Positions 1 to 11,324 of a stretch of 64,000 nt of DNA are shown here, one piece after another (within the stretch, counting starts at the first letter, position 1; the number at the start of each line of letters is the position of its first letter). Both the position numbers and the translations under genes were made by a program. The DNA is taken from the NCBI GenBank assembly GCA_965140785.1, contig OZ223514.1, forward strand, positions 64,001 to 128,000, written 5' to 3'. The stretch is from an uncultured Ruficoccus sp. GTDB taxonomy: Bacteria > Verrucomicrobiota > Verrucomicrobiia > Opitutales > Cerasicoccaceae. Below the pieces are notes generated by a model. The model saw only the letters and a list, made by a program, of their open reading frames with translations. It was not told the origin of the DNA and made no database searches.

Positions 1-50
1 CCGGCGGAGCCTCCGCCAAACCGAAGAAAAAAGCCTGACCCGATTTTATC

Positions 51-845
51 ATGGACCGTATCGCCGACGCCTTTTCCCGTGCCAAAGCCGAGGAGCGCAC
101 GCTCTTCGTCTCCTACCTGTGCGCGGGCGACCCCGACCCCGAGACCTCGTTTGAAGCCTGTCGCACGCTGATCGACAGCGGTGTCGGCCTGATCGAGCTG
201 GGCGTGCCCTTCTCCGATCCGCTGGCAGACGGCAAGACCAACCAGCACGCCGCCGAGCGTGCCCTGGCCGCGGGCATGACACAGGAGAAAGTCTTCGAAC
301 TGGTCCGGCGCATCCGCGAAATCAGCGAGGTGCCGATCGTCTTCTATACTTACTATAATCTCGTCTATGCGCACGGCGAAGAAAAGTACGTGACCATGGC
401 CAAAAAGGCCGGGGTGGACGGCATGCTCGTGCTCGACCTGCCGCCCGAGGAGGCCGGCAGTTGGATGAAAATTTGCGCCGCCGCGCAGATGAAGACTGTC
501 TTTATCATCGCGCCGACGACCCCGCCCGAGCGGGTGGAGAAAATCGCCAACACCGCCACGGGCTTCCTCTACTACGTCTCGCAGCTCGGCGTGACCGGCG
601 TGCGCGATTCCCTCGCGGCGGACATGGGCGACAAGGTCCGGGAAATCCGTCGCCACACCGATCTGCCGGTCGTGGTCGGCTTCGGCATCTCCAAGCCCGA
701 GCACGTCAAGGCGGTGGGCGAGGTGGCCGACGGGGCCGTGGTTGGCAGCGCCCTGGTCAATTGCCTGGCCGCCAACGCCGACAATCCGCCCGCCGCCCTC
801 AAGGCGCTCGGCAATGTCGCCTGCGAACTGGTCGCCGGTTGCTGA
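51..845 (+). CDS. trpA: Tryptophan synthase alpha chain
   Basis: Motifs ELGVPFSDPLADG, YYVSQLGVTG, VGFGIS, DGAVVGSA. Confidence 0.97.
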   Translation: MDRIADAFSRAKAEERTLFVSYLCAGDPDPETSFEACRTLIDSGVGLIELGVPFSDPLADGKTNQHAAERALAAGMTQEKVFELVRRIREISEVPIVFYTYYNLVYAHGEEKYVTMAKKAGVDGMLVLDLPPEEAGSWMKICAAAQMKTVFIIAPTTPPERVEKIANTATGFLYYVSQLGVTGVRDSLAADMGDKVREIRRHTDLPVVVGFGISKPEHVKAVGEVADGAVVGSALVNCLAANADNPPAALKALGNVACELVAGC

Positions 846-956
846 GGACCGGTCGTTGCGGAGAGTTTTTGAGTACGCGCCAGAGGTGGCTCTCGATAGC
901 TTTTTTCAAACTGGATTTCTTTATACTGTTTTCACGTCGTATCGATAAAGAGATGG

Positions 957-1033
957 CCCGCGAAGTCACGCGAAGGAACACGAAGTGAATCATTCCCTCA
1001 TCGACTTTGCGTATCTTCGCGTGGCTTCGCGGG
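957..1033. repeat. Intergenic inverted repeat (REP-like hairpin)
   Basis: cccgcgaagtcacgcgaag (957-975) vs cttcgcgtggcttcgcggg (1015-1033), 18/19 complementary. Confidence 0.7.
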
Positions 1034-1105
1034 AAATCGGTATTAGCCGCGGCTAATATTCATCAACCGTTAATATAAACTGCATTTCGGAAAACAAAGA
1101 GGTGG

Positions 1106-1969
1106 GTGATGACCGTCTATTATTACAGGGATCGTTTTATCGACTCGGGGAAAAGCGCTGTCCCGATTGAGGATCGCGCGTTCAACTACGGCGACGGCAT
1201 TTACGAGGTCGTGCGCTTCGAGAGGGGGCACGGTATTGGCCTGGCCGAGCACCTGGAGCGGCTGGAGCACAGCGCGGCGGCGATCCGTCTGCGCCTGCCG
1301 TATCCGTTGGAGAAGATTCGCGAGATCGTGATCGAGGCCGCCGGGCGGGTCGAGGCGCCGGTGGTCGATGTGTATTTTCAGATCAGCCGCGGGGAGGCCC
1401 CACGCAAGCACGCCTTTCCCCAGGTCGAGCCTGTGCTCGCGCTCTTCGCCAAGGCGGCGGACGTGTACACGGATGCGTTCCGCCAGGCGGGCGTCTCCGT
1501 CATCACCGTGCCGGACGAGCGTTGGAGTAATTGTTACATCAAGTCCCTCAACCTGCTGCCCAACGTCCTGGCCAAGCAGGCGGCGGTCGAGGCCGGGGTT
1601 TACGATGCGGTCTTCGTGCGCGAGGGCTGCGTTACCGAAGCCTCGTCCAGTAATGTATTCGTTTTCCATGACGGGGTGTTCCGCACCGCCCCGGCTGAGC
1701 GGGGCATCCTCAACGGCATCACGCGCCGCTTCGTCATCGCGGCCATCCGCGAGCTGGGCTACTCGCTGGAGGAGGTGCGGCCGAGTGCCACGTTTTTCGA
1801 GCGCGAGGCGGACAGCGCCTTTTTGACCAGCACGACGATGGACATGATGCCCATCAACTCCATCAATGGGCGAGCTCTGCCGCCGCTGGAGCCGGATTCG
1901 CCCGTGTGGGCGGCGCTCGAAAAAATGCGCCTGCTCAGCCGTGGCAAAGGGCAGACAACCGGCGTGTGA
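1106..1969 (+). CDS. dat: Class IV aminotransferase, D-amino-acid transaminase-like
   Basis: EDRAFNYGDGIYEV, IKSLNLLPNVLAKQ, EASSSN, ILNGITR. Confidence 0.85.
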   Translation: MMTVYYYRDRFIDSGKSAVPIEDRAFNYGDGIYEVVRFERGHGIGLAEHLERLEHSAAAIRLRLPYPLEKIREIVIEAAGRVEAPVVDVYFQISRGEAPRKHAFPQVEPVLALFAKAADVYTDAFRQAGVSVITVPDERWSNCYIKSLNLLPNVLAKQAAVEAGVYDAVFVREGCVTEASSSNVFVFHDGVFRTAPAERGILNGITRRFVIAAIRELGYSLEEVRPSATFFEREADSAFLTSTTMDMMPINSINGRALPPLEPDSPVWAALEKMRLLSRGKGQTTGV

Positions 1970-2033
1970 GGGCGTGAGCGGTCGTCATCCGTGGGCAAAT
2001 TCTTTATGACCCACGAGCAGGCGGGAAGAAGTA

Positions 2034-3338
2034 TCACCGACCGATCGCCTGGCGCACGCGCTCGACAATGCGGGCGGTGGCGCCGCGATTGGCGGCGTGC
2101 CAGTCGCGTCCGGCGGCGGCCATAGGCTCGCGCTCGGCGGGCTCGCGCATCAGCTCCAGCAGGGTGGTTTTGACGGCGGCAGTGTCGGTACACTTGCGGG
2201 CGGCTCCGGCCTCTTCGAGTTGGCGGCAGATGTGGCGGAAATTGCTCATGGCCGGGCCGTAAACGAGCGGCAGGCCGAGGGCGGCAGCTTCGACGGGGGT
2301 TTGCCCGCCGTCGTTGGGCGGCAGGCTCTTGCCGACGAAGGCCAGCGTGCCCGCCTGGCTGAGCCGGACCATCTCGCCGGTGGTGTCGGCGACGTAGATT
2401 TTCGTCGGGCCGGGGGCCTGCTGCGAGCGGGTGCGCAGGTGCCAGGGCAGGGCCTGCTTGTCCAGTAGTTCGGTGATCTCGCCACGGCGTTCGGCGTGGC
2501 GGGGAATGATCAGCAGGCGCGCGTCGATCCCGGCGGCGAGGGCGTCGTTGAGGACTTCGACGAGGAGCTTTTCCTCGCCGGGCCAGGTGCTGGAGCCCAG
2601 CAGCACGAGCGGGGCGGGGGCGTCCTCCTTTTCGACAAAACCCATCTCGCGGTGCAGGGCGGCGATCTCGTCGGGGGAGAGGACGGGCTTGACCTCGACA
2701 TCGAGCTTCATGCTGCCGGTGACGGCGGTGGTGGCCGGGTCGGCTCCGAGGGCGAGGAAGCGCTGGCCGTCGTTGGGGGTGGCGGCCAGCAGGCCGGAGA
2801 GCCGACTCATGAGGCGGCGGCTGACGAGGGGGAATTTTTGATAGCGGCGGAAGGAGCGGTCCGACATGCGGCCGTTGATGAGCAGGACCGGGACGCGGCG
2901 GCAGTGGGCCTGGTAAAGGTGCTCGGGCCACAGCTCGGCCTCCATCAGGATGGCCAGGTCCGGGTCCAGGCGGCGCCACGAGTTGCGGCTGAAGGGAAAG
3001 AAATCCAGCGGGAAAATGCCGACCTTGAGCACTTTCGGGCTGAACTCCTTGCGGAGGATGGCGTAGCCGGTGCTGGTCGTGGTGGTGACGATCACCTCGA
3101 CGCCGTCGAGGGCGTGCAGGGCGTCCACCAGCGGGGTCAGGGCGCGGATTTCGCCCACGCTGACAGCCTGGATCCAGATACGTTTGACGTCCTTGCGCTT
3201 GGGCGGGGGGCGGTCGATGAGGCCGAAACGATGGTGAAAGTCGTGGCGGTAGCCGCCGCGCTTGTACATGCGCCACCAGTAGTAGGGGAGCGCGACGAGC
3301 AGCACGGGCAGGAAGAGCAGCCGGTAAAACCAAATCAT
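2034..3338 (-). CDS. waaA: 3-deoxy-D-manno-octulosonic acid (Kdo) transferase
   Basis: IWIQAVSVGE, TTTTSTG, EAELWP, IPRHAER, DTTGEM, GGQTPVEAA. Confidence 0.95.
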   Translation of the reverse strand: MIWFYRLLFLPVLLVALPYYWWRMYKRGGYRHDFHHRFGLIDRPPPKRKDVKRIWIQAVSVGEIRALTPLVDALHALDGVEVIVTTTTSTGYAILRKEFSPKVLKVGIFPLDFFPFSRNSWRRLDPDLAILMEAELWPEHLYQAHCRRVPVLLINGRMSDRSFRRYQKFPLVSRRLMSRLSGLLAATPNDGQRFLALGADPATTAVTGSMKLDVEVKPVLSPDEIAALHREMGFVEKEDAPAPLVLLGSSTWPGEEKLLVEVLNDALAAGIDARLLIIPRHAERRGEITELLDKQALPWHLRTRSQQAPGPTKIYVADTTGEMVRLSQAGTLAFVGKSLPPNDGGQTPVEAAALGLPLVYGPAMSNFRHICRQLEEAGAARKCTDTAAVKTTLLELMREPAEREPMAAAGRDWHAANRGATARIVERVRQAIGR

Positions 3339-3439
3339 GGGAAAAGGAACTTTTTGACACCTTAGCAGGACGAATGAAACATAATTCTGACGCTTGCCGT
3401 CCCGGAGGGCGTGGCTAGGCTCGGAGGTTCCCCTTATTT

Positions 3440-6238
3440 ATGAAACGTCTGACTCTTCTTTCATTCGTCCTGCTGCTGCCGCTGTGGGCGGTGGCTCAAC
3501 CGACCGAGAGCGACCTGCCCGCTGATCCCGCCGTGACCTGGGGCCAGCTCGACAACGGCCTCACCTACGCGATCATGCCCAACGCCGAGCCCCCGGGCAA
3601 GGTCAGCCTCCGCCTGCTGGTCGAGGCCGGCTCGCTGATGGAGCGGGAGGACCAGCGCGGCCTGGCACACTTTCTGGAGCACATGGCCTTCAACGGCAGC
3701 ACCCACTACCCGCCCGGCTCGCTGGTCGAGTATCTCCAGCGCATCGGGATGAGCTTCGGGGCCGACACCAACGCGCACACCGGCTTCGACGAGACCGTTT
3801 ACAAGCTCGAACTGCCGGGCAACACCGACGAGTTGCTACACGAGGGCTTTCAAGTTCTGTCTGACTACGCCGGGGGCCTGCTCCTGCGCAACGAGGAGAT
3901 CGACCACGAGCGTGGTGTCATCCTGAGCGAGCTGCGCGCCCGTGACTCGGTGGACTACCGGACCTTCGTGGCCTACTGGGAGTTTATTTTTCCGAACTCC
4001 CTGCTGCCCCAGCGCCTGCCCATCGGCTTGACCGAGGTGATCGAGGAGGCCCCCCGCGACGCCTTTACCGACTTTTATACAGAGTGGTATCGCCCGGATA
4101 ACATGGCCGTCGTCGTGGTGGGCGATGTCACGCCCGCGCAGGTCGAACCGCTGCTCAAGGCCGCCTTCGGTCCGCTGAAAAATCCCGAATCCCCGCTGGG
4201 CGAACCGGATCTGGGGACGGTGGGTGAGCCCGGCCTGCATGTGGATCTGCACAGCGAGCCCGAGGCTCCCGCCACCTCGATCGGCCTGATGACCGTGCGC
4301 CCCTATGACAACCCGCCCGATTCGCGGGCGCTGCGCATCGCCAATATCCGCACCGCCGCCGCCAACGGCATCCTCAACCGGCGCTTTGCCAAGCTGGCCA
4401 AGGAGGCGGACGCGCCCTTCTCCGAGGGCGAGGCTTACGCCTACGACTACCTGGACTTTTTCGAGATGGGCGGGGTCGAGCTGACCTGCCGCCCGCAGCA
4501 GTGGCAGGACGCGCTCAAGGTGGCCGAGCAGGAGCTGCGTCGGGCGCTCCAGTACGGCTTTACCCCGGCCGAGGTGGACGAGGTCAAAGCCGACCTGCTC
4601 AAGACCTTCGAACGCGCTGTGCAGGAGGCACCGACACGGCTGGACCGCTCTCTCTCCAGTTCCATTGCCCGCTCGCTTTCCAAGGACGAGGTTTTTACCT
4701 CGCCGCAGACGGACCTGGAACTGGCGCAGGCCGCGATGGCGAACTTTGACGCGGCCCAGGCGCTGATCTCGTTGCGCGAACTCTGGGCCAACGACAACCG
4801 CTACATCTTTGTCAGCGGAAACCTCGAACTGGGCGAGGACGACCCGACGATCGAGGACGTCTTCACCGCCAGCATGGAGGAAGCCGTCGAGCCCCCGGCG
4901 CTGGTCGAGGCCAAGCCCTGGCCCTACACGGACTTCGGCCCGGCGGGCGAGGTGGCTGAGGAAAAAGTCGTCGAGGATCTGGGCATCCACCAGGTGCGCT
5001 TCGCCAACGGCGTGCGTTTCAACTTCAAGCAGACCGACTTCGAGGCGGGCAGCGTACAGGTGGCCGTGCGCTTCGGCGGGGGTGACCTGAGCTCCCCGGC
5101 GGACCAGCCCGGCCTGGCTACATTCGCGAGCATGGTCTTCACCGCGGGCGGGCTGAAGGCCCTCAGCGCGGACGAGCTACGCCAGACGCTCGCGGGCAAG
5201 GACGTGGGTGCCGGTTTCACTGTCGATACCGACGCCTTTGTGTTGGCCGGTGGCTGCACGCCAGCGGACTTTACCACGCAGGTCCAGTTGTTGGCCGCGA
5301 GCCTGACCACGCCCGGTTATCGCGAGGAGGCCGCCCGTCTGGCCCGCCAGCAGTACGCCGAGCTTTCCCTGCGTATCGAGCATACGCTGGAAGGCGTCCT
5401 CGGCAACGAGGTCAGCCGCTTCCTGGCCGGGGGTAGCCGGTTCTTCGGCTCACCGAGCAAAGAGGACTTCGACGCGCGCACGATGGACGAGGTCAAGGCG
5501 TGGCTGGCGAAGCCGCTGGCCGAGGCCTACCTGGAGATTTCTGTGGTCGGCGACATCGACTACGACACGGCGCTCAAGGCCGTGGCCGCGACCTTCGGTG
5601 CACTGCCGAAGCGGGCGGACGCGCCGGAGCCCTACACCGCCGAGCGCGACAGCGTGCACTTCCCGGTGGATGTGAAGGAAAAGAACTTCACCTACCCGAC
5701 GGACATCCCCCGCGCCGTGGCACTCGCTTACTGGCCGACGGTAGACTACTGGAACATCCAGCGCACGCGGCGGCTGAACGTCCTCTCCTACGTGATGGCG
5801 GACCGCCTCCGCATCGAGGTTCGCGAGAAGCTCGGCGAGGGCTACAGCCCTTATGCGCGCAACAACAGCAGCGAGACGTTCAAGGACTATGGGGTCTTTT
5901 ACGCGCTCAACCTCTGCGCCCCCGAGAAGGTGGAGGAACTGGCCGGTCTGCTCGACAAGCTCGGGCAGGACCTGGGCACGGGCAACATCACCCAGGACGA
6001 GACCGACCGCGCCCTCAAACCCATCCACTCCATGCTCAAGGACTACCTGCGCACCAACGGCTACTGGCTCAACCGCGTGCTGTTGCGCTCGCAGGAGAAG
6101 CCCGAGGTGCTGGAGTGGGCGCGCACGATTTCCGACGACTACCAGTCCATCTCGGTGGACGAACTCAACGCCCTGGCCCGGGAATACCTCGGCTCTGGCG
6201 TGGGGCTGAAGGTCACGGTGGCGCCGAACGGGATGTAG
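3440..6238 (+). CDS. Secreted M16 family zinc protease (PqqL-like)
   Basis: Signal peptide; inverted zinc motif AHFLEHMAFNG; NAHTGFDETVY; two-half insulinase architecture, 932 aa. Confidence 0.92.
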   Translation: MKRLTLLSFVLLLPLWAVAQPTESDLPADPAVTWGQLDNGLTYAIMPNAEPPGKVSLRLLVEAGSLMEREDQRGLAHFLEHMAFNGSTHYPPGSLVEYLQRIGMSFGADTNAHTGFDETVYKLELPGNTDELLHEGFQVLSDYAGGLLLRNEEIDHERGVILSELRARDSVDYRTFVAYWEFIFPNSLLPQRLPIGLTEVIEEAPRDAFTDFYTEWYRPDNMAVVVVGDVTPAQVEPLLKAAFGPLKNPESPLGEPDLGTVGEPGLHVDLHSEPEAPATSIGLMTVRPYDNPPDSRALRIANIRTAAANGILNRRFAKLAKEADAPFSEGEAYAYDYLDFFEMGGVELTCRPQQWQDALKVAEQELRRALQYGFTPAEVDEVKADLLKTFERAVQEAPTRLDRSLSSSIARSLSKDEVFTSPQTDLELAQAAMANFDAAQALISLRELWANDNRYIFVSGNLELGEDDPTIEDVFTASMEEAVEPPALVEAKPWPYTDFGPAGEVAEEKVVEDLGIHQVRFANGVRFNFKQTDFEAGSVQVAVRFGGGDLSSPADQPGLATFASMVFTAGGLKALSADELRQTLAGKDVGAGFTVDTDAFVLAGGCTPADFTTQVQLLAASLTTPGYREEAARLARQQYAELSLRIEHTLEGVLGNEVSRFLAGGSRFFGSPSKEDFDARTMDEVKAWLAKPLAEAYLEISVVGDIDYDTALKAVAATFGALPKRADAPEPYTAERDSVHFPVDVKEKNFTYPTDIPRAVALAYWPTVDYWNIQRTRRLNVLSYVMADRLRIEVREKLGEGYSPYARNNSSETFKDYGVFYALNLCAPEKVEELAGLLDKLGQDLGTGNITQDETDRALKPIHSMLKDYLRTNGYWLNRVLLRSQEKPEVLEWARTISDDYQSISVDELNALAREYLGSGVGLKVTVAPNGM

Positions 6239-6292
6239 GCAGGGGGGCTTTTTTCAGCCTTCACGGTTTACGCAGCGCTTACTTCGCCTGCT

Positions 6293-6712
6293 CTAGAAAT
6301 GCCGCGTAATGCGGCTTTCGGGGACGGCGCCGACTTCGCGCCCGACGAGCTTGCCGTCCTTGAAGATGAGGAAGGTCGGGATGCCCTGCACCCCGTATTC
6401 GCGGGCGAGGCTGGGCTGGTCGTCCACATTCACGCGCATGACGTAAACGTCGTGCTTCTTCTCGATGTACTCGATGGTGGGCATCATGCTGCGACACGGG
6501 CCGCACCAAGGGGCCCAGAAATCCACCAGCACGAGCGGGTGGCTCTTGGCCACGCTGGCCAAGCTGCCGGTGGCGGCCGGGGCATTCGCAGTGGAGGTGT
6601 CGGCGGAGCTTGTGTTGCGGCTGCGTGTATTATCGGTGTCGTCTTTGCCCTTCGAGGGCAACAGAAAGAAAGCGACAATGAGGGCGAGAACGATGAGGGC
6701 GGCTGCTTTCAT
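6293..6712 (-). CDS. trxA: Thioredoxin with N-terminal membrane anchor/signal
   Basis: VDFWAPWCGPC, GIPT; hydrophobic N-terminus. Confidence 0.88.
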   Translation of the reverse strand: MKAAALIVLALIVAFFLLPSKGKDDTDNTRSRNTSSADTSTANAPAATGSLASVAKSHPLVLVDFWAPWCGPCRSMMPTIEYIEKKHDVYVMRVNVDDQPSLAREYGVQGIPTFLIFKDGKLVGREVGAVPESRITRHF

Positions 6713-6832
6713 GGCGGGAACGGATAAGTAGAGGTTGAGTTTTTTATAGCCGTAGGCAGTCCGCTATTCAAGGCTGAATACGGGTGCGGGCTGTGGTGGG
6801 GGTCTGGCTGGCGACGGGAGAGAGGCGTGTAT

Positions 6833-6880
6833 AAAAAAAGCACGGTCCGGAAATGAATCCGTGGCCGTGCCATTTTTTTT
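6833..6880. terminator. Rho-independent terminator downstream of dps
   Basis: A-tract, gcacggtc...ggccgtgc stem, T-tract. Confidence 0.55.
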
Positions 6881-6900
6881 AAAGCTTGAGCAGCGAGGGC

Positions 6901-7368
6901 CTACTTGAGGAAGCTCTTGAGCATCCAGATGGTCTTTTCGTGGACCTGGATGCGAGCGATCATGAGGTCTTCGGTTTCGTTATCGTCGGCGTCGCCGGCG
7001 AGGTCGCGGGCCTTGGCCGCGTCCTTGACCAGCTTGGTGTGGTCTTCGAGAAGGCTGGCGACCATTTTATCGGCGCTGGTCTTTTCGTCCAGTTCGTTCA
7101 TCTTGGCGATGTCGGCCAGCGAACGCAGCCCGCCCGGAGAATAAGCGTCAAGGGCACGGATGCGCTCGGCGATTTCGTCGACGGCGGTGAAGAGCTCGGT
7201 GTATTGCTCTTCAAAGGCGGTGTGCAGCGCGAAGAAGCTGGAGCCTTCGACATTCCAGTGGCACAGGTGGGTCTGACCCATCAGCGCGTAGGTGTCGGCC
7301 AGGACGACACGCATACTCTCGACAACCTTCTTGTTTCCGGAAGAGGAATTAGTTTTTTTCTTAGCCAT
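6901..7368 (-). CDS. dps: DNA starvation/stationary phase protection protein Dps
   Basis: HWNVEG, LHTAFEEQY, DEIAERIRAL, HEKTIWML. Confidence 0.95.
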   Translation of the reverse strand: MAKKKTNSSSGNKKVVESMRVVLADTYALMGQTHLCHWNVEGSSFFALHTAFEEQYTELFTAVDEIAERIRALDAYSPGGLRSLADIAKMNELDEKTSADKMVASLLEDHTKLVKDAAKARDLAGDADDNETEDLMIARIQVHEKTIWMLKSFLK

Positions 7369-7624
7369 AGACGGTTAGTGTAGCAGGTTCTAAACCTATT
7401 TCAAGGTACAAGCCCTTATCCGGGTTGCATTTAGCTGGTGTAAAGAAAACTGATGAAGCGACCGAATTGTGCTTATGCAAAAAGGCCTTGAGTCGTCAGG
7501 GCTAACGGGTGAGAGGCTATCGCTGCGGCTGGCGGCATCCGCGTTATTCAGGGGTTCTTGAGCGGAAAACATTACGCCAAGACAAGTGCACCCTGCGAGC
7601 CAGGACGCGGGGCGTCCGGGCGGG

Positions 7625-8479
<855 letters not shown>

Positions 8480-8607
8480 CGGTGCGGAGTGTCGGTTACG
8501 TCTTGGGTATGGGACTTCCAATTAGTTCAAGTTATTCACAGGGTCAAAGTGCAAGTTGTGAATAACCTTGGAATTAACCTCCTCGTGACGCGGCTGTAAC
8601 GTATTCG

Positions 8608-9762
8608 TTAAGTTGAGCTTAACACGGGCTGAGGATCGGCCTCCAGCGAGGTAGCCACGTCGATCTCGTACTGGGCCAGGATCGCCTCCCAGGAAAGTCC
8701 CCGGGCGGTGCGAACGGCGCTGGCGGCGATGACGGGCCAGAGGGGCGCGTCGGCGCAGAGCCGGTCCACGGCGGCGAGGTAGGCGTCCTCGTCGTTATAG
8801 GGAGCCTTGTAGCCGTTGACGCCGTCCTCGATATGGCGAAGGGCGGCGGCATAGTCATAAGCGAGTACGGCCAGTCCGCTGGCCATGGCCTCGGTCACGA
8901 CATTGCCAAAGGTCTCGGTCGTGCTGGCGAAAAAAAACAGGTCGGCGGAGGCGTAGTGTGCGGCCAGGTCCTTGCCCCGGCGCATGCCCGCGAAGATGAA
9001 CTCCGGGTGGAGGCGTTCGAGCTTTTTGCGCTCGGGGCCGTCGCCCACGATGAGCAGTTTGGCCTCGGGGCGCCGTTCGCGGAAGCGTAAAAAGGCCCGG
9101 ATGGTGAGCGGGATGTTTTTCTCGGCGGCCACGCGACCGACGTAGGCGACGACCGGCGCGCCCGGCTGCACGCCCCAGCTGGTGCGCAGGTCTTCGCTGC
9201 GGCGGTGCGGGCCGAAGAGCTCCGTATCCACGCCGCGGCTGAAGATTTTGACGTTGGCAAAGCCGGCCTGCTCCAGCGTCTGCTGCACATCCTCGGAAGG
9301 GACGAAAGTGGCGCGGGTGCGATTGTGGAACCAGCGGAAGAAGCCCATCAGCGGCTTCTGGAACCACCCGTAGCCGTAGTGCTCGCCGTAGGAGTGGAAA
9401 TTCGTGTGGTAGCTGGAAACGGCGGGGATGCCGAGCTGCCGCGAGGCGCGCAGGGCAGCTACTCCGAGCGGGCCCTCGGTGGCGATGTGGACGAGGTCGG
9501 GTCGCTGCTGCGCCCAGAGGCGCTTGAGCTGGCCAGTGCACAGGCCGCCGAACTGAAGGCCCGCGTAGCCGGGGATCGGATAGCCGCGCACGAAGTCCTC
9601 GGGGAACGCGTGCAACGGACCGTCGCGGTCGGCCTTCTGCCGGGGGCGTACGACGGTGACGTCGTGTCCACGCCCGATCATGCCAGTGACGAGGCGGTGC
9701 AGCGTCATGGCGACGCCGTTGACTTCGGGCGGAAAGGTCTCGGTGACGAGGGCGATTTTCAC
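8608..9762 (-). CDS. Family 4 glycosyltransferase (Agt/MgdA-like glycolipid synthase)
   Basis: TETFPPEVNGV, HIATEGPLG, SYHTNF, ETFGNVVTEAMASG. Confidence 0.9.
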   Translation of the reverse strand: MKIALVTETFPPEVNGVAMTLHRLVTGMIGRGHDVTVVRPRQKADRDGPLHAFPEDFVRGYPIPGYAGLQFGGLCTGQLKRLWAQQRPDLVHIATEGPLGVAALRASRQLGIPAVSSYHTNFHSYGEHYGYGWFQKPLMGFFRWFHNRTRATFVPSEDVQQTLEQAGFANVKIFSRGVDTELFGPHRRSEDLRTSWGVQPGAPVVAYVGRVAAEKNIPLTIRAFLRFRERRPEAKLLIVGDGPERKKLERLHPEFIFAGMRRGKDLAAHYASADLFFFASTTETFGNVVTEAMASGLAVLAYDYAAALRHIEDGVNGYKAPYNDEDAYLAAVDRLCADAPLWPVIAASAVRTARGLSWEAILAQYEIDVATSLEADPQPVLSST

Positions 9763-10124
9763 GCGTCGGATTCCTGGGTGTGTCGGGTTCCGGAGGGGAA
9801 CGGTTAAGAAAACCGCGGTAAAAGGCGGGAGTGGTTTCGGGTCGCGCCTCCGGGCATTCTGATCCGCATCAAAACGCCTTTGTTACAAACAGCAATGGCG
9901 GGATTGTGACAATTCCGTTGCATGGGCACGCCGTGGCGAAGTTCTTTGGGGCTCTGCGCCCCCAAGCCCCGCAGCAGACGAAGTCTGCACTTCCGATGCT
10001 TCCGCATCGCGTCTGGGCCAGAGAGCATACAGGCTGAGTCGCACGAAAACTGACAAAAAGAGCCCGGTCTCGCTCATCCCTGCTAAATATATCTTTGCGC
10101 CGCTGCGTCTTTGCGGCGAAAAAA

Positions 10125-11036
10125 ATGACCGTGGACGATCCCCGCACGCTGACCATCCTGACCGGCCCGACCGCCGTGGGCAAAACCGCCCGGGCGATCC
10201 ATTGGGCGCGGGCGCACGGGGCGGAGATCGTTTCGTGCGACTCGACGCTCTTCTATCGGGGGATGGACATCGCCACGGCCAAGCCCACGCCGGACGAACT
10301 CGCGCAGGTGCCCCATCACCTGATCGACGTGACGCCGGTCAGCCAGCAACTCTCCGTCGTCGATTATCTGGAGCTGGCCCGCCGGGCGGTGGCGGATATC
10401 CACGCCCGGGGCCGACGTGTGCTCGTGGTGGGCGGCAGCGGTTTTTACCTAAAAGGTTTCCTTGCCGCGGTGACGGATGACATCCCGGTTCCGGACGCGG
10501 TCCGCGCCGAAGTCGCCGCGCTCGAAGCCGAGGCCGGGCTGCCGGGACTGCTCGAACGCCTGCGTGCGGCCAGCCCGGCGGGGACGGGGCGGCTCGATGT
10601 GCAGAACCCGCGCCGGGTCGCCCGGGCGCTGGAGCGCTGCCTGGCCGCCGGGCAATCCCTGCCGGAGTTGGAGCGGGCCTTCGCCGAAAAGCCGGGCGTC
10701 TTCGACACCTTTCCCAAACACGTGATCCTGCTTCAGCGCTCAGGGGAGAGCCTGCACGCCCGGATCGAGGAGCGCACCCGGCAGATGCTGGCCGCCGGCC
10801 TGATCGCGGAAGTCGAGCGCCTGCGGGAAGAGGGGCTGGAAGAAAACCCCAGCGCCGCCGGAGCCATCGGTACGCGCGAGGTCTTGCAACTGCTGCGGGG
10901 CGAACTCCCCCGCGCCGACCTCGAAGCGGCCATTAATCAGGCCACCCGCCGCCTCGTGGCCAAGCAACGAAAGTGGTTCCGCCATCAACTGAGCCCGGAT
11001 CGTGTGATCGACCTGGACGCCAGTGAAGCGATTTAG
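10125..11036 (+). CDS. miaA: tRNA dimethylallyltransferase
   Basis: GPTAVGKT, DSTLFYRGMDIATAKP, PHHLID, GGSGFY, AKQRKWF. Confidence 0.95.
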   Translation: MTVDDPRTLTILTGPTAVGKTARAIHWARAHGAEIVSCDSTLFYRGMDIATAKPTPDELAQVPHHLIDVTPVSQQLSVVDYLELARRAVADIHARGRRVLVVGGSGFYLKGFLAAVTDDIPVPDAVRAEVAALEAEAGLPGLLERLRAASPAGTGRLDVQNPRRVARALERCLAAGQSLPELERAFAEKPGVFDTFPKHVILLQRSGESLHARIEERTRQMLAAGLIAEVERLREEGLEENPSAAGAIGTREVLQLLRGELPRADLEAAINQATRRLVAKQRKWFRHQLSPDRVIDLDASEAI

Positions 11037-11324
11037 GAATAGGTGACGAAGGCCACGAAGCAGTAACGAGACGGGTCTTCAAGGAGGCTTTTAACCGTGC
11101 AAACCACCTGATAGCCAAGGGGCGAAACAAACGTTTTTCTTTACCGCGGGCACGAGGAAATCAAAACCTGCACTTGCGTGGGCGGGGCAAGCATTAGATA
11201 CTGGTCATGATTCTGGCCTACACGCATTCAGTGTTCTAATGATACCGGATCGACATGCAACCCACGCCTCCGGCGCTTCTAGCGCCGGTGCGTAATGTTC
11301 CGGGCCGGAACCGGGAGCTCGATA

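Noticed and set aside
1..38. 3' tail of an upstream gene, possibly trpB
   Set aside because: Only about 12 codons visible; cannot be identified
7450..7485. CTGATGA followed by a short stem, hammerhead-like
   Set aside because: No GAAA core after stem II and no stems I/III
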